A DNA stretch of 53,516 bases, taken from Toensbergia leucococca (lineage: Eukaryota). The notes beneath the pieces are model-generated. The model was not told the origin of the DNA and did not search any database. It saw only the letters and a list, made by a program, of their open reading frames with translations. Shown piece after piece: positions 21,538 to 33,733 of this stretch. The translations under genes and the position numbers were made by a program. Positions within the stretch are counted from its first letter, which is position 1; each line of letters starts with the position of its first letter. The stretch covers positions 1 to 53,516 of the forward strand of contig JALDZS010000163.1 in NCBI GenBank assembly GCA_022813965.1. Direction: 5' to 3'.

Positions 21538-22187
21538 TCATACATGGGCTGATGCAAGTGAAAGGATCTTTGACCACTGCTTGTCGCGAAGCTCTGAGCC
21601 CACCACACCTGCATATCGTCAGCTGTGGTGTAACAGAGTAAAAATTGGTAGACCATGAGACGTATGCTCCACTAGCTTTAGTGTAGAATCCAGCAAGACT
21701 TTTATACCATTTCCAGCCAGTATTTTCAATAGTGAAGACGTACCATTAATTCTCGTCCCTATCGGCTCTCCGCTCTTACTGATCAAAGCACAGGCATTGT
21801 CGTCGAACCTGACCACCATGCCATCTTTCCTCTGCAGCTTCTTCTTCGTCCGGACAACGATAGCATGCCGTATGTCACCTCTCCGTACTTTGTTGGATGC
21901 AGATGCCGGTGCTCCGCCGCCTGGTCCAGAGTCTCCAACACTGTTTCGTTGCTTTTGAACAACAACGATGATGCGGTCACCTTATGAAGTTTAGTGAGAC
22001 TGAGTTGGCGCATCATAGATAGGGATCGCACCAATCTTTGCGTGCCGTTTCATGCGTAGATTTGCAACACACTCAACTATTGAGGCGCCGGAATTGTCGA
22101 TGCAATTAAGCATCGTCTGGTTGAATCGCGTCAGCAGCAATCTGTGAAATAAAGGTCTGATAGTGTACATACCTTGAGCTGTATCAT
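21538..22187 (-). CDS. MRPL38: Mitochondrial large-subunit ribosomal protein uL14m, 4 exons
   Basis: [16 protein letters not shown]...[13 protein letters not shown]...HAIVVRTKK...[11 protein letters not shown]...[26 protein letters not shown]. Introns 22172-22117, 22031-21981 and 21743-21609. Confidence 0.95.
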
Positions 22188-22642
22188 CGTAGCAGCATAG
22201 AGGATGAAGTATTGAGATGCTCATCAAGTACGAATAGGGATCCGTATTCACACAAGCGTTATTCTGAGCCGGGAGATCGACAAATAGGTACTCTAGAACT
22301 AGAATAGCGTGTTTAATTGCCTTGACTCCCTTTTGTCCTCGTCCAGTTTCGCCGGAAGTGCACCCGCTTACATTCATTACGGAGTACAGAGACAAAATTG
22401 ACATTACGGATATACACCACTCATTTGTTGGGTTTCATAGTGCATTTCATACTGCATTTTCATAACCAATTTTCATGTCCATGTTTTAATACCTATCCAT
22501 TTCAGCCCCTTCAGCTCCTCAGCTCGGCATAGCCCGAATAAGGGGGTCATGTAGGCGCAAGGGAACCTCTGTCGTTTCCGAATATCTAGAGAGTCACAAC
22601 ATCTTCGAGAAACTAAGACAATTTGATCCATTTTATTTCAAG

Positions 22643-24749
22643 ATGCCGCAAGATGTGGCCACGAAGAAGGAGCGTTTAACACTGTCCCAACTCGCAAGCT
22701 ACGATGACATCTTGACAGATGCCCTTGTAGACCACGTATGTGACATGCTTCGTTGCTATTCTATGTTTCTGGCCAGTGCAATTTTGCTAATTCGAAGGTC
22801 AGGTGTATTTCTGGACCACCATTCGGAAAAACCGGTCCAAATATAATCTCACTCGTGGAATATCCGAAGATGATGTGACTTCTATTCTGCTCCACGATGT
22901 AGTTGTGAACAAAGACCCTCAAAAGGCAGAAGTCTCTCTGCTTAAACTTGCCGGCCTTCGCAAGTTCATGGAAAAGTTAAAGACAGAACGCGAGAAAGAA
23001 GACTTCAAACGCCACATGCGGAAATATATCAATATTTGGCTTCCAGACTGCCCTTTCGAGGTATCCACCACCAATCGGTACACTATAATCACGCAGGAAG
23101 CATCAACCACGGCAAGGCGATCCATCAAAAAGGGTGACTTAGTCAAATACCTCAGTGGAAACCTTGTAGCTATGACCTCAGAGGAGGAAAAGGATCTGGA
23201 CTTGACAAGACGAGACTTTAGCATCGTAATGTCAAGTCGTAAGAAGACACCCTCGTTATTTCTGGGCCCCGCACGCTTCGCGAATCACGATTGTGAAGCC
23301 AATGCTCGCCTCGTGACTCGCGGGTCCGAGGGCATGCAAGTAGTCGCTGTTAGAGACATCGAAGTTAATGAAGAGATCACAGTCACTTATGGAGACAACT
23401 ACTTTGGCGAAGGGAACTGCGAGTGTCTCTGTAATTCATGTGAGAACAAGAGGATGAATGGATGGGCTGGACAAGACGAGAATGAAACACCAAGTGGTAC
23501 GATTACCCCAATGGTAGAGTCTGAGAGAGAAGCTGGGACGCCATACTCATTTCGGCGAACAAGGAAATACGTCGCTCACTCGGATCTGAGATCCGTGTCG
23601 AGAACTCCAGAGAACGACGAAATTCAACCCAGCAAGAAGAGGAAGATTAAAGCGGCCAGGACACGTTCTTCTCTTGGCCTCGAGACTGTAGATATGCAGA
23701 TACAAGGGTCCATATTGAAAGCTGAAAAATTAGGATCGGCATTACGGCATGAGATCTCAAGAACTGGACTCGATACGTCTTCCAGCTACGGGAAGTTGCA
23801 GGAAGAATATGAGCTCAGAGACAGTGTTGAAACAGCATCTGCCACCCTCAGCGACTTGGACAGGGGATTTACAAGTATCGACAGCGAGAGTCACTTCACT
23901 GATATGAATAGAACATCTTTTCGGATTGAATCTGTTTATTCCAAAGAGCCGGCGATGCCGCTAGATGAACCTGCCCATATCTCACACTTGACTACATACA
24001 AAACCCCTACCACACCCTTAGGCCATTCCATCCCTTCTTTGATAACAGGCCCACAGCATTTGCAGCCCTCCAACGCATCCAGCGACATCGAGTCCATATT
24101 TGACACCAGGAACCCACGAAGCTCAAGCCCAACCACTACCCCAAGCGCCAGCCAAGAAACAGGTTTCGACTGGCGCTCCCAACGTAAGCTATCCGAATAC
24201 CCTTCCTCAGATAGCGACCTATCATCCCTCTCCTCAAACGAAGATTTCGACGACACCCACCATACTATCATCCGGAAGCCTCCCCAAAAAAAATCCAAGC
24301 GCCCCTCCCACCTGCCCCAAACCCTTCCAACTCCCGATCCCGAAACTCCCTCGGCCCGCTACCCAGGCGACTACATCCGCACCTCACTCCTCCTCGGCGA
24401 AAAATACAGCCGCTGGGTCGACTGCCGCACCTGCGACGCCTGCTGGGTGCAATCCAACGGCTACTACACGCGCAAGGAATGCCCTCGCTGCGAGCGACAC
24501 AGCAAACTTTATGGGTTTCGATGGCCGCAGACGGAGAGGAGGAAGGGGGATGATGGGGAGGAGAGGGTGATGGATCATCGGACTGTGCATCGGTTCTTGG
24601 GGCCTGAGGAGGAGGCGAGGGTTCGGAAGCGGGGGAGGGGGTTGGAGAGAGAGGGGGTAAGTGAGAGGGGCGGGAGTGAGGGGAGTGTTGGGGTAGAGGT
24701 GGCGGAATGGGGGAAGAGGAGGGGGAGGAGCGCGTATAGCGGGGTTTGA
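22643..24749 (+). CDS. SET9: Histone H4K20 methyltransferase (Set9/KMT5)
   Basis: LASYDDILTDALVD|VYFWT, SET signature LFLGPARFANHDC and EEITVTYG, post-SET CECLCNSC, and a C-terminal CRTC...CPRCERH motif. Intron 22736-22802. Confidence 0.95.
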
Positions 24750-25049
24750 GAGATGGTGGGGAGGGAGTGTCGAGGGGGGTTTTTTCTTGCGGTGGTGGTG
24801 ATTGTGTTGCTGGCTTTTCGTTTTTCGAGATACCCACTGCTGCGTTTCGGCGTCTCTCGCAACGGTTATTGTATTTGTATAGGATTTTAATAATGTAACA
24901 AAACAATCCATATTCACACATTTAAACATCCCCCTCCCCCTCCCCCTTCCCACCCCTCCCGCCTGGATATATTCACTGATCACTTTTCAAGCAAAATCGG
25001 ACTCCCACACCGCCTTTTGGTTTACTACCAGTAGAAACAACGATTGATA

Positions 25050-25845
25050 CCAAGCAGATGATCAAAGCTCGCCATGGTGCCCATCGAACCCAAGGTAGGT
25101 AGTCGGAAAGACCCATGCCCCGGTTTGTATTCAGCAAATATGGATTGCTGGACCCAATACCAAGTTGCAATTGTTACGCTATAGATGTGGTGGGCTGCCA
25201 ACCTTTAATTGTGATCGCGTTCAGAACAAAAACCCCTGCGTAAAAACTCCAGCCAGTGTCCACGTACAATTAGCCCAGCACAATATTTCCCTATTCGGAA
25301 GTGCAGATCTCCATTGTATAGATCGGGCTGATGTTGGGATTTCAGAAAAAGAACTTGCACCCCTGATTTTCTTCCTGTTGGGGAAATTGGGGGGGCGACG
25401 ACGCCTAGGTTTGCAGAAAAAAGTACGACACCTGGTGCCGCCCCCCCCTGATCATTGAGAACGAGCTAGGTAGGCAAATCCGTCACTGATAAATGTGTCG
25501 GCAAATGTGATGGGCGCCGCGGATTCTGTTCGCACATACACGCCTCAGGCAATCTTATTCCCAATTCGAGTAAACCTGGATCCAGTGTTAAGATGAGCCG
25601 TCACAGTGGCCCTCAGAGAAACCTTAAGGTAAACCATCACATCCATCACCGTCCACATCAACAAATATAGAACTCCAGCACCCATCGCCCATGTCGCAAG
25701 CGGTTTCTCCCAACTCTACTCCGTCTTGCGTAAATCCTCCTCCTCCTCCAACTGGAGACATTTTTTGAGAGACTTGGGCAACGCCGTAAGCGATCGAAGC
25801 ATCCAAAGACTAGGTCTGCACGAATGGACCATTTCCTCAGCCCAC
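25050..25845 (-). pseudogene. Degenerate FG-GAP/VCBS-like repeat region, former C-terminus of the SGNH gene
   Basis: It continues in frame past the stop through further stops and frameshifts: IAH*VG, T*SLDASIAYGVA, IFVDVDGDGCD/YLKVS...VTAHLNTG...GNKIA*GV, ITFAD...DGFA, GIG...GLSDYL. Confidence 0.7.
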
Positions 25846-26772
25846 TCAGTGCGCGATTTCGATCGGAGCTTGCCATTTACTGAGTTGATCGCGTATTATT
25901 TGGTCCGAGCCCGATAAGGTGTCCGCCACAGGCGCTTTTATCCAGCCAATGACTCCAGCCTCGGCGAGAGCAGTGTACCAAGCTTCAGCTATCAAGGCAT
26001 AACCATTGTCAACGGGGTGTATGCCGTCCGTAGTATTGATATCGTTTGCACGGATCCCACTCATATCTACCATCATGACTTGCTTCCCTGCGTTTGCACG
26101 AGATGCAACGACGCCTGGAATCGCTGCATTGTAAGTGACCCTATTAGCTTCTCGGACGGGATCCAAGAGAGGAGTAAGTGTTGCGACTAGAACAGCAGCA
26201 TCTGGGCAGTCAGCGACGACCAGATCGATCAGGTTGCCCAGGCGGCTGGGTGCATCGCCCAGGTCTAGAACCTGGACAATGTCGTTGGTCCCAGCCATCA
26301 ACAAGATGACATTGGGCCGCTCGGGCAGGGAGTTCTTTGCTTGACGGCCGATCTCATCAATTCTATAGCCAGGATAGCCCTCGTTGGCATTGTCAGCCAT
26401 TGTGCCCGATTTTACGGAGCCGACGTAGTGCACATTATTTCCTGTGGTCAGAAGATTTTCCAGATCCAATCGATAGCCATTGCCAGTACTGCTACCTTCA
26501 CCGTAGGTCATTGAATCGCCCAATGGTAAAATTCTTAGATCGACGCCATTGGCAATTGGTCGACTGAATAGCTGATGTCTAGATATGGTGTCTCTTAGAA
26601 ATTCATCTTGTTTCTGGCTAGGCACCGCGGTAAAGCTTGGCGATAAAGCTGAAAGTACACCAGGATAAGTATCGGGCAATATAATAGAAGGACGATCTTA
26701 CATACCACAGACTGTTGCAAAGAATGCAATGACGAGAATGGCGAATCGTAGGTGGCTTCTTGAAAGAGGCAT
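25846..26772 (-). CDS. Secreted SGNH/GDSL hydrolase (carbohydrate esterase family 3-like)
   Basis: Signal-peptide exon MPLSRSHLRFAILVIAFFATVC (26772-26706) and intron 26705-26649. Blocks ILPLGDSMT, NEGYPG, MAGTND and DGIHP are present. Confidence 0.88.
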
Positions 26773-28060
26773 CTTGACGTTAGGAGATGATCTTCCCGCA
26801 GTCTCGTGACAGAACTCTGACAGTATGGTACTGGAATGCTTTGGTTACCTGTGGTGGTACTTCTCAGTAAGAGCTGTTGAACATAAAGCCCGTTTTAGTT
26901 TGTTTCAGATTTGGACACGTAGACGTTAAAGGACTAATTGACAGCCTGTGATATATGCAGGTGGTGTTTTGACTCGATGCCACATCCAAGTCTTCAAGGA
27001 TGAATTTCTATAGTTGAAGCATGCGTGTTGAGGATAGGCATATGGATAACTTCAAGTGACTAGCTTCAACCAATTGACGGCAGCTTTCACGATGCCGGGG
27101 AACACAGTGAAAGCGAGAATGAATGACAGTCTGATCAGCCCATACTTGGCCGGATATTCCCAATCGCCCGACTTTCAGAGTCTCGACGTGTCATGTCGTA
27201 GCTGGGGGGCATGGTTGTCTTAGGATTATAGAGTGAGAGAAATGCTGTGTTCCCAAGGTGCTGAGATCTAACGCTGGGCTGTGCTGCACTGGGAATCCTA
27301 CTGAGGCTTAGGATTGATATGATATGTTGTTGTACTAAAACAACATCGCCATATTGATTTTAGCTTAGTTGGTCCGGAGTGATTGAGGACCGTCATTTGA
27401 GGGTTGAGATGGTCACCACCACCACCGCATCTATTGATAGCGCTAAGCTAGTTCTACTTAGTTCTAGGCCTCGGCGCCAATCGACCTTAGCCGTGGGCGT
27501 AACGGCTCACTAGGTTCACGTCTCATCTTCTCATTCTCCTCATCTCCTTTACTCGTGCTCCTCATGACTGTGACACACCGAGAGTTCATGGGTGCGTGTC
27601 AGAAGACAAGAATAGACTCTAGATAGCTTGGTAGGCATGGGTCATCTTTTAAATGCGGCGGATAGGGGAGGGTGGAGGAACGGGGGAGGAGGGGTGTAAA
27701 GTATGGCTGTGGTAGATGGGAGAATCTTGGAGTTTTGAAGAAGGGGTTTATGGGGAGGGTTGGTGTGGTTTGATGGGCTGGTGGTGAGTGGGATCTTATA
27801 CGCCGATTTGATGCCGAGTTCGTTTCTGTAAGAGAGAGGGAGAGTATTGTGGGGTTTTCGGGGTGGGGACGTCCGGATCATCAGATATATCCATTTGATT
27901 TCCTACCTCGAGTCAAGCATGAAAACAGGTACATTTCATCCATGATTGAACAAACGCTCCACAGTCAATGCAACAACCCAAAAAAAAAAAACACTTTTTC
28001 AAAAAAAAATCATTCAATCATCTAGCTTACACCAGTCGTCCCCTACCCGAACAAAAATCT

Positions 28061-30531
28061 TCAATCCTTACCATACAGATCCTTCTCAACCATATTCCGA
28101 CAAATCGGATGATAGAAATCCCTATGGGCCTCAAACGTCTGGATCGCCAGATCATGATCCGCTTCGTTGAGCTGCCTGTATCTATGTCCCCCCAAATAAT
28201 CATCAACGACCATCACCAAGGGAGAGAGAAAGAAAACGGAGGCGGAAGGAAGAACATACAAGGGTCTACAAAACTTCATACGTCCAATCTTCCCCAGGAA
28301 CTCGGCAGTAGGTCCGTAGACCTCTCGGGCCCTCGCTCTCAACCCCACGCCAAAATACCGACTCAAAACCTCCGCGTTCCTGCTCTTCGAAAGCCCATAC
28401 TCCTCTCCCATGACGCGGACGTCTTCGCTACGCACCGGCTTCTCGAAAAGCTGCAGCCGCTCGAGGAACACGACGATTTGATTTGCACTCCAGCCGTCGA
28501 TGTCGGCTGCGCTAGGCTGGAATCCTGGGGTTTTGCTGTCGTCGGAAAGCGTTTCCCATTTGGTGGCGAGGGCGTAGCAGACGTCGACGAGGGAGGTGTC
28601 GAAGTCGGGTTTGGGCGGGAAGCCGGGCGCGTAGAACCAGGTGTCCCAGTCGATGATTGAAAGGGATTTGGAGGCAGCAGGGTCGGAGGCGAAGAAGTCG
28701 AGGAGGGTGGATTTGAACTCGTATGAGTCTAGGGATTTTTGGGCAAAGGTTGTGAAGTACTGAGAGAGAGGAGTTTCAGGGGTTAGGAGGTTGTGATTCC
28801 GTTGGGGGAGGGTTTGGATTAAGGGTTGAATTTGATTACGTGAGGAATAAAGCGATCCCATTTCTCCTTTCCAACGAGTTTCTCGAGGTAATACAGGAAT
28901 GTAAATCCCTTTTCGTAGGGCACGCTGGAGAAGGCGTCGTCGGGATCTTTGCCCTTGAGGTCGACGATCAGTTTTGTGAATTCGTGGTCTTCGCCGAAGT
29001 TGGCTATCGAGTCGGAGAGAGCCTTCCAGCCGATTATTGCCGAAAAGTCTCGGTGGGCCTCGCCGTGTCTACATGTTGTTAGTCTTCAGAGCGCGAATGG
29101 AATAATTCTAGAATCTACATTGCGGCTTGTATCTGAAATAGTAGTTAGTATTCATGTCTGCACAATGGTATTGAAGTATACTCACTCGTCGTTCCAGATA
29201 CACCGTCCAGCCTTCGTTGAGCCAAAAATGCTCCCATGATGCGTTGGTGGCAAGATTGCCACTCCAGCTATGTGAAAGTTCATGGGCGATCACATCAACA
29301 TTCTCTCGATCCTAAGTAGAGGATATTGTTAGTCACTACATATGAGAAATCCAAAAAAAAAGTCGAGCAGCAGAAAAGATTTCAAGCTATATCTGCGGTA
29401 TTTCATAGGTTGGAGACTAGGTATCAGAGACTCATGGCGAAACAGTCGAGGAACCCCTCCCCAAAGAGATGACCCACGTAAGAAACCACGCTCGGGGTGA
29501 GGTGCGTCCAGGATGGATTCTCCATGCCTCCAAAGGGGAAACTTGGTGGGAGGACCAGAACACTTGTTGCCAAATCAGCGGGTAGGTAAAGAGTTTGAAT
29601 AACCGACCCTTACTTGTACGTTGTCCATGCGTATGGAAAGACAAGTTCCTGCAGTTTCCATTAGTTCATCGCCACCAAAGATCTTGAATAGATTAGAGAA
29701 TTTACTTCAGCTGCTCGAAGAAATCGTTCCGTGTCTGCTTCAAACTCCCATTTTGCAGCAACGATTTCTTCCGGACCGGTTGCTACAAGGCTTCGAGGGC
29801 CGATGGAAGCAATGGCAAGATCACTAAGTCTTATTAGACCGGGAATTCTTCGAATCATCGATAGCACTGTCAACTGACCCGCTTGCTATAGCAAATAGGT
29901 AGCTGGGAATTGGAATGTCCTGTCTGAAACTATAAAGTAAAGTTCCATTGGAGTCATTTTTGCCTGGCTCAAAGTCTGTAGTGCCCGTGGAGAGGCCACT
30001 GACAATGACGGGCAAGGGAGAACGAATGTGAAAATCAAAGGTAGACTTCACGTCAGGCGTATCCTGGCATGGGAAGATGGATCGAGCGTGGATTGGTTGA
30101 GACTGCGAGAACATGTAGGGATGCTTTCCGTTCGAAGTTTGGACAGGGGTAAGCCACTGAAGAGCTGTGCATTCCTTTGTAGTCTGCAGCTTGATCTCTA
30201 CTTCAACGGTCTTGCCAAATTTGACTCCCTTGTCGAGGTCAATCTTGAGGGCACTCCCATAGGGCTCGAACCTAGACAACAACTCCCACTTTGGGGTAGC
30301 TCCGTCTACTTCAACCTGCTGAACATGGAGATAGCTGGTATCGAGAATGAGATGCTGCGTCTCTGCCTTAGTGATAGATTTCAGCGTCAAAACTACATTG
30401 CCAGTCAAACGCTTATGCTCAAAGTCAATGGTGAAGTTGGCTGTGGTGTGAGTGGTCATAAAGTTGTGGTAATTGGAGAGGGTGTTGGGATCTCGGGGAC
30501 ACTGGAACGTGGTCGTGGTAGGGATTTTCAT
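28061..30531 (-). CDS. M1 zinc aminopeptidase / leukotriene A4 hydrolase homologue (Lap2-like), about 9 exons
   Basis: [28 protein letters not shown]-x-WLNEG (HEXXH-x18-E), VPYEKG and GRMKFCRPL. Introns include 29878-29824, 29477-29312, 29118-29069 and 28259-28182. Confidence 0.95.
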
Positions 30532-31359
30532 GGCAAGCTTGGAGAATGCTTGTCACAGATGAAGTTTGCAGTTTGAAACTGTAAAGATGGTGGGGATCAT
30601 ACCAATCTGTCGTGTAAGATACTACCTTGTTCTTGTAGCATTTCTTATACTCCAGGTTAGGGCAAACCCTAAGTTAATTATCATAAAGTTAAAACATACT
30701 AGATAGAAAACCATGTCTCGGGTGATGTCTGGCGGAGAATCGAGGAGTTAATACTTTCACTTGAGAAAACCACCATACTCACTACCAACCACCTCCATAC
30801 CTTCATACTCATGGCCGCACCTCATACGCCCTTCAAAGGACAACACAATTGACTGATGATATTGACAGAGTGAGTGGGCAAGGCTTGAAGGGAGCTACAT
30901 ATGGGAAAATCAGAATTGACTCACAAAATCTCTCATTAGGTAGGGCAATTCTTGACTGTGAATAAAACCGAGAATAAGAACCTGTGATCAAGCGCATACT
31001 AGATGTATGAGTGAGAGACTAAATAAGAAGATCAGAAGAAGAGACAGATGATTTTCATCTTGCATTCATCAGGGAAAAAGAAGAAAGACTATGAGAATAT
31101 TCTCATGTTTGACAGTGATGTTGATGACAATGAGTCAAAAAGTGAGGATGAGTTTGAAGGGAAGGTGAAACATGTACGTTGGGCTCCTTCTCATGAGTAG
31201 GTAGGAAGATATCATCATGTAGATCGAAACACCTTCGGTCTCAAAAGGTCGATTTTCGACCATATCTTATACCTCAGTAGTATCTTGTAAAGCAACCATG
31301 TCTCATGTGACAAAGTATACGTAGGCTGCTAGCTATACAGGTAAATCGCCAGTCAGCAG

Positions 31360-31460
31360 TCGCCACGGTGACTGAATGGGGTGGCGAATATCATGAAGAT
31401 TGTTACCACCATCGTTATCACTCTATCACCATGGTGGCGAATAGCCATGGCCATTCGCCA
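31360..31460. repeat. Pair of short inverted repeats built from a TGGCGA/TCGCCA motif
   Basis: TCGCCAC(31360)...GTGGCGA(31381) and TGGCGAAT(31435)-AGCCATGGCC-ATTCGCCA(31453). GTGGCGAATA is directly repeated at 31381 and 31434. Confidence 0.55.
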
Positions 31461-31726
31461 TCTACTTCCAACTTCCCAACAATGCGGAGCGAAGATGTTA
31501 TTGACTGTCGTACCTTGTTCTAAATCAGGCTACCATCTACTAAGGTGGGAGTGAAATGCACGTCAATGAGGCTGAATATGAGGCTCGTTGAAGTATTTAG
31601 TACTGATTGTACCTAATTCAGTACGTACATCCGCTTGTAAAACTCAGCACATGTTCCTCTTTGATAAGAGTGATAGCATGTTGGTTCAAATCAATTCCCA
31701 AAGTGAAGAATGCCTCAAGTAGACTT

Positions 31727-32725
31727 CTACATAGAATATATCCTGCTCAGCACGCCATCCCTTTGGGGCGCATTCATTTCCTCACACATCTCTCCATAAA
31801 GGCTGTGAAGACCGATCCGTTCGGCTATCCAGCGAAAGAACTTGATTTGAGTCCTGACATCCATCACACCCAAATCCTCCGTCTTATGATACTCTTCCAG
31901 CAGAGCCTCAAGAACTTTTGCCAGCCTTACTAGAGTAATCTCCTTAAGAATGTATCTTTCTTCTTCGTACTCTTTGATGTATTCACTCCAGACACTTTGG
32001 TTTAACTTGAGATGGGCCACGCTCGATCCACCTTCGTAATACCAGCCACGAGTCGACTGCTCACCATAGAGCCTTTTCACTTGCTGCATTGCGCTGAGTG
32101 CTGTAGCCCCAGCCACTGAAACTGCTTGCAGAATTCGTACAAGCTTGCTACCGGCTAATGGAGCTGCTACGTCTTTTTCCATGGACCATAAGTCCAAATT
32201 TGCTTGATCAAAGCGAAAATGAGCTCGGTCATGTAGCGATGCTAACTTATCCGCTAGCTTCATGGTAAGCGGATTGACTGAAGGATCCTGGTCTTCAAGC
32301 CCCGTGGCAGTGCTCCGTAGGTCTGGCTCCAAATGATAAGTCGGAGTGATCCTTCCAGCCACCGCATAGCTATTTGACATCTCCACAGCTGCCAGTCTTC
32401 CGCTTAGTCCATATGGGGTGTTGATATTTTTCACTGTTGACGGGCCCTTTACCAAGGATCTCGTACTCCCAGGGGTGTCAGAAGTTGGCTTAAGCAGTGT
32501 AGAACATCCAGCCGTGGCACGGTTAGTATGAAAATCAGCAGAACGATGATTAGTACATCCAGACAGGTCTGCTGTTGGCTTTTGCACACTTACAGTGAGT
32601 ATCTCAATGGGTACTTTGGGAATCGCAGATCTATTGGTTAGACAGTCTTTCTTTATCGCCTTCCACGTTGCCGGATGTAGGTTCGGCAGAGTTTCAGCCA
32701 CGCATACACTGATTTTTCCAGACAA
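31727..32725 (-). CDS. Hypothetical protein with helical C-terminal half; 5' end uncertain, possibly disrupted
   Basis: 332-codon open frame with a non-ATG start immediately after an in-frame TGA (32728-32726). No family recognised. Confidence 0.5.
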   Translation of the reverse strand: MSGKISVCVAETLPNLHPATWKAIKKDCLTNRSAIPKVPIEILTVSVQKPTADLSGCTNHRSADFHTNRATAGCSTLLKPTSDTPGSTRSLVKGPSTVKNINTPYGLSGRLAAVEMSNSYAVAGRITPTYHLEPDLRSTATGLEDQDPSVNPLTMKLADKLASLHDRAHFRFDQANLDLWSMEKDVAAPLAGSKLVRILQAVSVAGATALSAMQQVKRLYGEQSTRGWYYEGGSSVAHLKLNQSVWSEYIKEYEEERYILKEITLVRLAKVLEALLEEYHKTEDLGVMDVRTQIKFFRWIAERIGLHSLYGEMCEEMNAPQRDGVLSRIYSM

Positions 32726-33733
32726 TCAAGATGGGGGAGCTTGCGTGATTTCCGGATTCATGGGAGTAGACATCTCAAGACAATTATTTTTGAAATTCAA
32801 AGATAAGACTCTTTGGTCGAAAGAACAAAGACATCGCAGTATACAACATGGAACGGGAGTGCGCTGTTTATCGTAAGTGGGCGGGTGCAAATGCGATTTG
32901 TAACCGGAGGATTTGCTGGTGTCGTGGCAAGAGCAAGTTTGCAAGATCAGAAATTGAGAATACACCAGAACAAATCGACGCAATGAACGAAAACAGTTGC
33001 CACATAGCTGCAGGACAAGGAATGCCATGATCGCTGGTAGCTAAGTTTGTTCCATTATCCTTGGTGACATTTTCTATCAAAACATTGGAGCAAACGATGA
33101 TGCGGAAGCCAGCAACGTGGTGACAGAGCGAAATACATAAAAAATGACAACGCCACCGGATTTTATACATATGTAGAGTCAATCGAGCCATTTGATGGGA
33201 CTGAACTTCAATCGTCACATGCTAGTTGGGTGTGGTTGGACAGAGGAGAATACTATGAGATAGCTCGTCAACGAATCCAAATTAGGACACCACGTCCATG
33301 TATCATTTTAGACTCGTTGGTCCAGGTGTAAGGACCCATGTTAGTGATATACCGTTCCTTGAAATTTGCCCTAAAAGGCAAATTGAACCGTTGCAACCAC
33401 TAGAGAAGAGAGAGTATTACGGTCCATCACGGGTTATGCTTAGCTGACAAATGCATGACTTCCTGCCGTGAACCCCTTACAGTAGGAGCTGACTTGTCCA
33501 ATCATTCAAGAATCACGGTGAACGTTCCTTGTCAATCTCTCCCTCCAAATCCTCGCCCCTAATTTCATAGACAACTCTCCTTTTGCAGAGGGCAAAGGTG
33601 CCTCGGTGATAAGTAGAAAGCGACTTCTTTTGGCCTTAATACTGATAAAGACATGGATGACAGAGCGTATCGGGGCCGTAATGTCGAATGCTTTTAGTTT
33701 CATCCATTTTGTACAATGTAAAAACGTTCGCCT

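Noticed and set aside
21609..21743. 135-nt last intron of MRPL38 as a possible snoRNA host
   Set aside because: No convincing C/D or H/ACA box arrangement seen.
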